From an uncultured Chloroflexia bacterium (lineage in GTDB: Bacteria; Chloroflexota; Dehalococcoidia; GIF9; UBA5629): a stretch of DNA of 64,000 bases. The position numbers and the translations under genes were made by a program. Below, one piece after another: positions 57,069-64,000 of this stretch (its first letter is position 1; each line of letters opens with the position of its first letter). Where the stretch lies: NCBI GenBank assembly GCA_963842805.1, contig CAWJIA010000016.1, positions 179,191 to 243,190 of the forward strand, given 5' to 3'. The notes under the pieces were generated by a model that searched no databases, was not told where the DNA came from, and saw only the letters and a program-made list of their open reading frames with translations.

Positions 57069-57420
57069 GCAGCCTGGGGGCTTTTTCGTAGATGCTTTCC
57101 AGACAGTAAAAATCGCGCACTTCTTTGGAAAAGATGTGGATCACCACTCCCAAATAATCTAATAGTATCCACCCCGAATCCGAGTTGCCTTCACTGCGGT
57201 ACGGGGTTACGGAAGCTTTCTTGAGGGTATCCAAGATTTCCTGATGGATGGCATCCACCTGGCGATCTGTTTCACCGTTGCAAATTACAATATAGTCAGT
57301 ATATGAACAGGTTTGCCGGGTATCGAGTAACGCTATGTCTTCGGCCTGCTTGTCAGAGGCCAGTTCAACTGCCCGGCGGGCGATTTCTATTGGCTCCAGG
57401 TCTATCTCCTTTGCTTGCAT
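57055..57420 (-). CDS. rsfS: ribosome silencing factor
   Basis: [20 protein letters not shown]...WILLDY..VVIHIF...RDFYCLE; start trimmed to ATG 57420. Confidence 0.93.
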   Translation of the reverse strand: MQAKEIDLEPIEIARRAVELASDKQAEDIALLDTRQTCSYTDYIVICNGETDRQVDAIHQEILDTLKKASVTPYRSEGNSDSGWILLDYLGVVIHIFSKEVRDFYCLESIYEKAPRLLRIQ

Positions 57421-57571
57421 ATCCCCCGTGAGTACTTCCAAAATCATTATAGCATAATAATTGCAGCGCAAATATGATTGGTGGGACAGCAGTTCGGGGA
57501 CTTTATTTCCAGGCCTTTTTTGCCCCCGGCGCCCGATAACCACATGCGCACGGGTTTTAGGGACTATCATT

Positions 57572-57599
57572 TTGACATTCTTATTTTTTATGCGATAAT
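57572..57599 (+). promoter_or_regulatory. sigma70-type promoter for the MarR gene
   Basis: TTGACA-N16-GATAAT with extended -10 TG. Confidence 0.55.
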
Positions 57600-57716
57600 T
57601 AAATCAGTTACACATGAGCGACCAATAAGATTCAAGGCCGGTAGTTCGACGAAATATCGGCTGTGTATATTGGAAATTTAAATTTAATAGAATAAAATTA
57701 CCCTCGGAGGATAGAA

Positions 57717-58190
57717 ATGGCACAGCAAATTAAAGCCGACAAAGACTATACACTTTTAACATCGCTACTTCAGGTAGCGGATATTTTTGTCAAAATCAGG
57801 GAAAGGGAATTGCTACCCCAGAACCTTTCAGCCACATCTGCAGCAATATTATTCCTGGTCGATGCAATGGGCAAAGATGTTACACCGGCTAGGATTTCAA
57901 GGATGCTTCTTAGAGAACCACACTCCATATCAGGCATACTTATGAGGATGGAAAAACAGGGCCTTATAAAAAGGGCCAAGAATATGGAAAGGAAGAACCT
58001 CATCAGGGTCACTCTGACTTCCAAAGGGGAGACAGTGCTCAAACAGGCCATGAAGAAAGAGGGAGTCAAGCATGTCCTGTCTAAGCTCACCGAGGAGCAG
58101 CGCAGGCATCTCAAGCAGTCGCTTAGCGCTCTTAAAGATGCAGGAATGAAGGAATTAAACTTGAGCCCCAAGGCACTTCCCTGGCCGTGA
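57717..58190 (+). CDS. MarR-family transcriptional regulator
   Basis: TPARISRMLLREPHSISGILMRMEKQGLIKR...VTLTSKG wHTH. Confidence 0.9.
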   Translation: MAQQIKADKDYTLLTSLLQVADIFVKIRERELLPQNLSATSAAILFLVDAMGKDVTPARISRMLLREPHSISGILMRMEKQGLIKRAKNMERKNLIRVTLTSKGETVLKQAMKKEGVKHVLSKLTEEQRRHLKQSLSALKDAGMKELNLSPKALPWP

Positions 58191-58208
58191 TCGTAATCTG
58201 AAGTTGCT

Positions 58209-58238
58209 GGGCGTTCTGCACCGTGGTGCAGAACGCCC
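58209..58238 (+). terminator. hairpin after the MarR gene
   Basis: GGGCGTTCTGCACC-GT-GGTGCAGAACGCCC perfect inverted repeat; weak T tract. Confidence 0.6.
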
Positions 58239-58346
58239 TTCCGTTAGCCCTGTTAATCCCGCAGAAAGCATTTACCTATACGATTGCTCCTTTATCATCT
58301 CTTCCGTATTTGTTATAATTATCAGGCGATTTAATCGAGCATACTT

Positions 58347-60191
58347 ATGAAAGCGCGATGGTGGCAAGGTAGCCTCCTCTACCTATTGATCTTGGTTGCT
58401 CTGTTGGCCCTGGCCTTCAGCTTCTTCCCTGTTAACAAAGGCCCAAAAGAAGTCGACTACTACACATTTATTGACAACGCCAAGACCAGTCAGATTGACG
58501 TTATTCAGCAGGATGGCACGACGATCATCGGGCTGAAAGACGAGAAGCCGGTTGTCAAGGCCTCTTTTGTCGGCAGCACCAAGGAACTGCTGGACAGTCT
58601 TAAGGACGCAGGGGTCCAGTTGGGAGAGGCAGGCATCAAATTCGAGGTTAAAACCGGGGGTGTCGATTGGGGCAGCATCATGCTTACATTCCTGCCGCTG
58701 CTTCTGTTTGCCGCCTTCATATTCTTTGTATTCCGTTCGGCACGAGGGGCCAATACGCAGGCCTTTAATTTCGGTAAAAGCCGCGCACGGCTGGCCTCGG
58801 GAGACAAGCCAACGGTGACCTTTGCAGATGTCGCAGGCATTGATGAATCCAAAGGTGAGCTGCAGGAAATCGTCGAATTTCTTAAGTCCCCTCAAAAATT
58901 CCTGGCTCTGGGCGCACGTATACCGCGCGGCCTGTTGCTGGTCGGCCCCCCGGGCTGCGGCAAAACCCTGATAGCCAAGGCCACGGCAGGGGAAGCGGGC
59001 GTGCCATTCTTTTCCATCAGCGGCAGCGAGTTCGTTGAAATGTTCGTCGGCGTCGGCGCCTCACGTGTACGCGACCTTTTCGACCAGGCTAAACGCAACA
59101 CTCCCTGCATCGTTTTCGTCGATGAAATCGATGCTGTCGGCCGCCATCGCGGCGCAGGGTTGGGCGGGGGACACGATGAGCGTGAGCAAACTCTCAATCA
59201 AATCCTGGTTGAGATGGACGGCTTCGACAGCAATACCAATGTGATTGTGCTGGCCGCCACCAACAGGCCTGATATACTGGACCCCGCGCTGCTCAGGCCA
59301 GGCAGGTTCGACCGCCATGTCGTTATAGACCAACCGGACATTAACGGCCGCAAGGCCATCCTGGCTGTGCATGCCAAGGGCAAGCCGTTGGCCAAGGACA
59401 GCGACCTTGAGATCATAGCGCGCCAGACACCGGGCTTCAGCGGCGCCGACCTGGCAAATCTGATAAACGAAGCCGCCATACTGGCTGCCCGGCGCAACCG
59501 TAAAGACGTCAGCCAGAAAGAGCTAGAAGATTCCATAGACCGTGTAATTGCGGGGCCGGAAAAGAAGGGCAGGGTCATTACCAAGAACGAGAAGGAATTG
59601 ATTGCCTACCATGAAACAGGACACGCTCTGGCGGCCAAAATGCTGCCTAACGCCGACCCGGTCCATAAGATTTCAATCGTAGCCAGGGGTATGATGGGAG
59701 GATGGACACGCTTCCTGCCCACAGAGGAACGCCATCTGGAGACATATGCCCGCTTTAAGGACCTCATGGTCGTATGCCTGGCCGGTCGCGCGGCGGAGCA
59801 GGTTGCGTTCAACGAGCTAACCACGGGCGCTCAAAACGATCTTGAAAAAGTCACCCTGATCGCCCGCCGTATGATAACCGAGTTCGGCATGAGCCAAAAA
59901 CTCGGACCCCGTACCTTCGGTAAGAGGGAAGAGCTGGTTTTCCTGGGAAAGGAAATCCACGAGCAGCAAAATTATAGCGACAAATTCGCCGAGGAGATCG
60001 ACGCCGAGGTGGAGCAACTGGTCAAAGACGCCTATACCAAGGCCGTAGAAATCATGATGGAGAACAAAGACCGTCTTAAGTTTATCGCCGACTTTCTGAT
60101 CGAAAAAGAGACCATCGATGAAACGACTTTCGAGGATCTTTTAAAGAAGCCTATTCCAGCCCCCGATTTAGAGACCGCTCCCGCCTCCTGA
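58347..60191 (+). CDS. ftsH: ATP-dependent zinc metalloprotease FtsH
   Basis: 2 [41 protein letters not shown]. Confidence 0.98.
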   Translation: MKARWWQGSLLYLLILVALLALAFSFFPVNKGPKEVDYYTFIDNAKTSQIDVIQQDGTTIIGLKDEKPVVKASFVGSTKELLDSLKDAGVQLGEAGIKFEVKTGGVDWGSIMLTFLPLLLFAAFIFFVFRSARGANTQAFNFGKSRARLASGDKPTVTFADVAGIDESKGELQEIVEFLKSPQKFLALGARIPRGLLLVGPPGCGKTLIAKATAGEAGVPFFSISGSEFVEMFVGVGASRVRDLFDQAKRNTPCIVFVDEIDAVGRHRGAGLGGGHDEREQTLNQILVEMDGFDSNTNVIVLAATNRPDILDPALLRPGRFDRHVVIDQPDINGRKAILAVHAKGKPLAKDSDLEIIARQTPGFSGADLANLINEAAILAARRNRKDVSQKELEDSIDRVIAGPEKKGRVITKNEKELIAYHETGHALAAKMLPNADPVHKISIVARGMMGGWTRFLPTEERHLETYARFKDLMVVCLAGRAAEQVAFNELTTGAQNDLEKVTLIARRMITEFGMSQKLGPRTFGKREELVFLGKEIHEQQNYSDKFAEEIDAEVEQLVKDAYTKAVEIMMENKDRLKFIADFLIEKETIDETTFEDLLKKPIPAPDLETAPAS

Positions 60192-60196
60192 CAGCC

Positions 60197-61159
60197 CTAT
60201 TTATTCCTTTCGATAACGTAGGCCACCAGCGCTTTAAGCGATCCCCTGGCGTCGCAGTCCGGTAATTTATCCAGCGATCCGCTGGCTTTCTCGCAGAATT
60301 CACGGGCAATTTTTTTGCATTCGTCGATAACGCCGGAGGCCCGTATTTTAGCAACGGCTTCCGGTATCAGGCTCTTATCCCGTTCAACGATGACCCTGTA
60401 AATCACACGGTCGTCAGGATTGTGCTGCAGATAGATAACGGTCGGCAGGGTCATGGCGCCTTCGTTGAGGTCCGATCCGACCGGTTTGCCCAGCGCCGAC
60501 TGGTCCCCGACAAAATCCAGTATGTCATCGATTATCTGGAAGGCCAGCCCGAAATTCTGCGCATAGTCTTTTAACGACAGCACGTGGTTCTCAGGACACC
60601 CGCTTAATACCGAGCCGCACTCGGCAGCCATGACGAAAAGGCAGGCCGTCTTATCGCTTATCCATTTATAGTAATTGTCCCTGGCTCCTCCCGGTTCAAA
60701 GTGCGTGCTGGCCTCACGCAGTTCTCCGCCTGATATGATCATGAGGGTCTCGGTGAAACGCCTGATGACGCGGCTATTTTCGGTGGTTGTGGCAAGGCTG
60801 CCCGCCCTGGAAAAAAGATAATCGCCCAGCAGTAAGGCGCTGTTCGAGCCCCAGGTACGGTAAACCGCCGGCTTGCCATGCCTTGTGGCCGAGTTATCGA
60901 TAATATCATCATGCACAAGCGTGCCGATGTGCAGCAGCTCCACGGCTGAAGCCATGGGCACCAGCAATTCCAGGTCGTAGTTGTAGAATTTACCGCTGAG
61001 CAGTGTGAGGGCAGGCCTGACCCGTTTGCCGACGTTCAGCAGTGCATACTCCAGCATTTGCGAGAGCAGGGGGATATCGTTGTGGGCTATGTCGCCAAGC
61101 TTAGCTTCTACCAGCTTCAGGTCTTCTTTTATCGGGGCATAGATCTCATCCAGGTTCAT
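60197..61159 (-). CDS. trans-polyprenyl diphosphate synthase
   Basis: GKRVRP, VHDDIID, GDYL, KTA, FQIIDDILD, GKPVGSD. Confidence 0.93.
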   Translation of the reverse strand: MNLDEIYAPIKEDLKLVEAKLGDIAHNDIPLLSQMLEYALLNVGKRVRPALTLLSGKFYNYDLELLVPMASAVELLHIGTLVHDDIIDNSATRHGKPAVYRTWGSNSALLLGDYLFSRAGSLATTTENSRVIRRFTETLMIISGGELREASTHFEPGGARDNYYKWISDKTACLFVMAAECGSVLSGCPENHVLSLKDYAQNFGLAFQIIDDILDFVGDQSALGKPVGSDLNEGAMTLPTVIYLQHNPDDRVIYRVIVERDKSLIPEAVAKIRASGVIDECKKIAREFCEKASGSLDKLPDCDARGSLKALVAYVIERNK

Positions 61160-62838
61160 GCAGGGCCCCCGCTACCCAGGCGCGCCATCTCCTCTTCAAC
61201 AATCTTATCCTCCAGCTTGACGAAAAGCGCCTGCGGTTGAGGCAACTTCTGTCCTGCAACCGGCAACTGCACACGCCATCCGGCGTCCCGTATATCGCCT
61301 TCAAAGCCAAGGTAGTTATGCAGCTTCTGCGAGGTGAAGGGCAGAAATGGATAAAGCATGGTTTTTAAGGCCGATATAGCCCCGATGGCTGTGTAAACCG
61401 ACCTGGCGGCGACAAGTCTGTCCTGCTTGAGCATTTTCCAGGGGGCGGTATCATCCAGGTACCTGTTGACGTCCTGCGCCAGTGCCATAGCCGCCTTGAG
61501 GGCTTCCTTAAAATGGCAGTTGTAAAGCTGTTTATCTACCTCTTTGAGGGTGTCGGCCGCCATCTCGAGCAACCCCCTGCTTACTTCATCCAACTCTCCC
61601 GGTTCAGGGACTGCAGCCCCGAAGTTGCGGTTGGTAAAGGTCAACACTCGATTGACCAGGTTGCCATACGTGGCCACCAGCTCGTCATTGTTTTTCCTCA
61701 AGAATTCATGCCAGGAAAAATTAGCGTCGCCGGTCTCGGGCATATTGATCGAGAGGTAATAGCGGAGTGGATCGGGGTCGTAGCGCTGCAGGTAATCGGG
61801 CAACCATACCGCCCAGTTCCTGCTGGTCGAAAGCTTCTTCCCTTCTATGGTAAGGAACTCATTGGCGGGAACATCGTAAGGCAGATTCAGTCCACCATAG
61901 CCCATCAACATGGCCGGCCAGATGATGGTATGAAATGGGATGTTATCTTTGCCGATAAAATAGTAGGACTTGCTCTCGCCCGTCCAGAAAGGTTTCCAGC
62001 CCTCGGCATCACCGTGCGATTTGGCCCATTCCTTGGAGGCCGAGAGGTAGCCTATTACCGCTTCAAACCATACATAAATGCGTTTTTTCTCAAACTCCGG
62101 TTGAGGAACGGTCACGCCCCATTCGATGTCACGCGTGATGGCCCTGTCCTTCAGGCCGCCTTCCAGGAAACCCATGGTGAAATTCTGGACGTTTTGCCTC
62201 CAGAAGGTCTTGTCTCCCACCCATTTCTGCAGCTTCTTCTCGAAAGTGCTCAGCTTCAAAAAGAAATGCTCAGTGGTCTCGAAGGTGGGCACAGCAGAGC
62301 AGATCCGGCAATGTACGTTGATCAGGTCGCTGGGATTTAAAGTCCGGCCGCACTGATCACACTGGTCTCCGCGGGCGGCGTTGAAATTGCAGTGCGGGCA
62401 GGTGCCTTCTATATACCTGTCGGGCAAAAACCGTTTACAGTTAGGGCAATGGGCCTGCGGCATAGACCCTTTGTAAATATACCCTTTGTCCAGCAGGCGC
62501 AGGAATATATCATGTGTAACTGCGGCATGATTTTCCGTGTCCGTATGCGTAAAAAGATCGAAGGTTATGCCCAACTTGTCCCAGCATTCCAGAAACTCTT
62601 TGTGGTACTTCTGGGCGACCTCGGCGGGGCTGATGCCTTCTTGCTCGGCCCGCAGGGTGATGGGCGTGCCATGCTCATCGCTGCCGGATACCATAAGCAC
62701 ATTGTTGCCTTTCAAACGGTGATAGCGCGCAAAAATGTCCGACGGCAGGTAACAGCCAGCTATATGGCCTAGGTGTAAAGACCCGTTGGCATAAGGCCAG
62801 GCGACTGATACCAGAATATTCTCAGGCAATTGGAGCAC
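61156..62838 (-). CDS. metG: methionine--tRNA ligase (no C-terminal tRNA-binding appendix)
   Basis: PYANGSLHLGH, two Zn knuckles, YVWFEA, GKDNIPFH, KLSTS. Confidence 0.97.
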   Translation of the reverse strand: MLQLPENILVSVAWPYANGSLHLGHIAGCYLPSDIFARYHRLKGNNVLMVSGSDEHGTPITLRAEQEGISPAEVAQKYHKEFLECWDKLGITFDLFTHTDTENHAAVTHDIFLRLLDKGYIYKGSMPQAHCPNCKRFLPDRYIEGTCPHCNFNAARGDQCDQCGRTLNPSDLINVHCRICSAVPTFETTEHFFLKLSTFEKKLQKWVGDKTFWRQNVQNFTMGFLEGGLKDRAITRDIEWGVTVPQPEFEKKRIYVWFEAVIGYLSASKEWAKSHGDAEGWKPFWTGESKSYYFIGKDNIPFHTIIWPAMLMGYGGLNLPYDVPANEFLTIEGKKLSTSRNWAVWLPDYLQRYDPDPLRYYLSINMPETGDANFSWHEFLRKNNDELVATYGNLVNRVLTFTNRNFGAAVPEPGELDEVSRGLLEMAADTLKEVDKQLYNCHFKEALKAAMALAQDVNRYLDDTAPWKMLKQDRLVAARSVYTAIGAISALKTMLYPFLPFTSQKLHNYLGFEGDIRDAGWRVQLPVAGQKLPQPQALFVKLEDKIVEEEMARLGSGGPA

Positions 62839-62856
62839 CCCCGAAACTTATTATGA

Positions 62857-63294
62857 CTATTTGCCGGTTTTGGAAGGGAAAAAGGTGAATATTTTCTCAC
62901 CCTTTTCCTTTCTTTCAGTTCCTGCTTTGCGTTTATCACAGCACTCGTTGCAGAACCGCAGGTTTTCGCTGCGTTCCCTGGACTTATCAAAGCGTATTAC
63001 AGTGCCGAAGTTCTTTTTCCTGAAAGATTCGCCGCCCTTCTTTTTAAAACATGCCGGGCAGTAGCACTTCTCGCTTTCGCCGTCCAGCACAAACAAATAC
63101 TCTTCGCCGTTTTCCAGTTTGTTGCCACACTCCGAACAATCGATATCGTCGATGAACATTGTCTCTTCTTTGAATTTGTCCGACGGTTTTTCGTCTATCG
63201 ACAGATAAACTTCACCGTCCTGCATAATACGGTCACAGCCGTTGCAGGTAATGGGACCAATGGAAATTGCACCTCTGCGGAATCTCTGCTGCAT
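62857..63294 (-). CDS. Cys-rich putative zinc-binding protein
   Basis: Four CxxC pairs (CNGC, CSEC, CPAC, CNEC); tightly packed between rsmI and metG. Confidence 0.7.
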   Translation of the reverse strand: MQQRFRRGAISIGPITCNGCDRIMQDGEVYLSIDEKPSDKFKEETMFIDDIDCSECGNKLENGEEYLFVLDGESEKCYCPACFKKKGGESFRKKNFGTVIRFDKSRERSENLRFCNECCDKRKAGTERKEKGEKIFTFFPSKTGK

Positions 63295-63296
63295 GC

Positions 63297-64000
63297 TCAG
63301 TCTCCCTTATTAAATTTGTCCTTGGCTTTGCGCACGGATTTTTTTATCTCGCCAGTTCCTTCAATAACTAATGTAAATTCGCCCCTCGGTTTCGCAAAAT
63401 GGCGTACCGCCTCGCTCACCGTGCCGCGGAAAACTTCCTCGTGCAGCTTGGTCAGCTCCCGGCACACAGCGATATTTCTGTCGCCCAGCGCGTCCAATAT
63501 GGCCTGCAACGTGGCGGCAACCCTGTAGGGTGATTCAAAACAAACTATGGCCCGCGGTTCCTCCCTTACCGACATCAGGAGGTTTTTTTTCTCGTTTTTC
63601 TTTCGAGGTAAAAATCCCAAATAAATAAACTGGGAAGCTGCCAGCCCTGATGCTGCTATGGCTGTCGTGACTGCCGAACAGCCCGGCAATACTTCTACGC
63701 GGAAACCCTTTTCAACAGCTCCTTTGATCAGCTCATAGCCCGGATCGCTTATGCCAGGCATACCGGCCTCCGAGACCAGGGCGATGTCCTGTTCATCCAG
63801 CATTCCAAGTAGTACAGGCAATTTCATCCTCTTATTATGCTCGAAATAGCTGGTCAGCCTGGTGTTTATGTTGTACCTGTTTAAAAGTTTACGTGCTGTG
63901 CGGGTGTCTTCTGCGGCTATGAGCTGCACTTCACCCAGCACTCGCAGTGCCCTCAGTGTGATATCTTCAAGGTTTCCGATGGGCGTAGCTACGACATATA
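63297..64000 (-). CDS. rsmI: 16S rRNA (cytidine1402-2'-O)-methyltransferase, 5' end beyond the window
   Basis: Frame stays open to the edge: YVVATPIGNLEDITLRA; AAEDTR, GMPGISDPG, FESPYR, RELTKLHEE, RGEF. Confidence 0.95.
   Translation of the reverse strand, partial: YVVATPIGNLEDITLRALRVLGEVQLIAAEDTRTARKLLNRYNINTRLTSYFEHNKRMKLPVLLGMLDEQDIALVSEAGMPGISDPGYELIKGAVEKGFRVEVLPGCSAVTTAIAASGLAASQFIYLGFLPRKKNEKKNLLMSVREEPRAIVCFESPYRVAATLQAILDALGDRNIAVCRELTKLHEEVFRGTVSEAVRHFAKPRGEFTLVIEGTGEIKKSVRKAKDKFNKGD

Overview
Gene-dense, mostly housekeeping 64-kb chromosomal segment. Gene content and protein style point to a Dehalococcoidia-like (Chloroflexota) anaerobe; this is inference from the alpha2-type GlyRS, a large SRP RNA with an Alu domain, Asp-box beta-propeller surface proteins with a Pro/Trp C-terminal anchor, an archaellin and an archaeal-type ThyA. 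About 65 CDSs and one SRP RNA are supportable. I saw no rRNA, tRNA, CRISPR array, integrase or transposase. Highlights: (1) a ~3.4-kb cassette between cysE and an NDP-sugar synthase, bounded by 15-bp TG...CA inverted repeats (14/15 match), with truncated phage head-gene fragments around two intact cargo genes (PD-(D/E)XK nuclease and TPR lipoprotein); (2) an orphan archaellin with repeated upstream motifs; (3) a TrxA-CcdA-TlpA-TlpA cluster ending in an 825-aa trans-membrane fusion (coiled coil / Cys-less redoxin / 2x FN3 / CxxC redoxin), plus Cys-rich surface proteins elsewhere in the window; (4) a candidate structured leader with c-di-AMP-riboswitch-like words upstream of glutamate synthase, back-to-back with a glutamate dehydrogenase remnant; (5) a 1-nt frameshift in an A6 run of rsmA; (6) several apparently leaderless genes. 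All family calls come from motif recognition by eye; no database searches were run.
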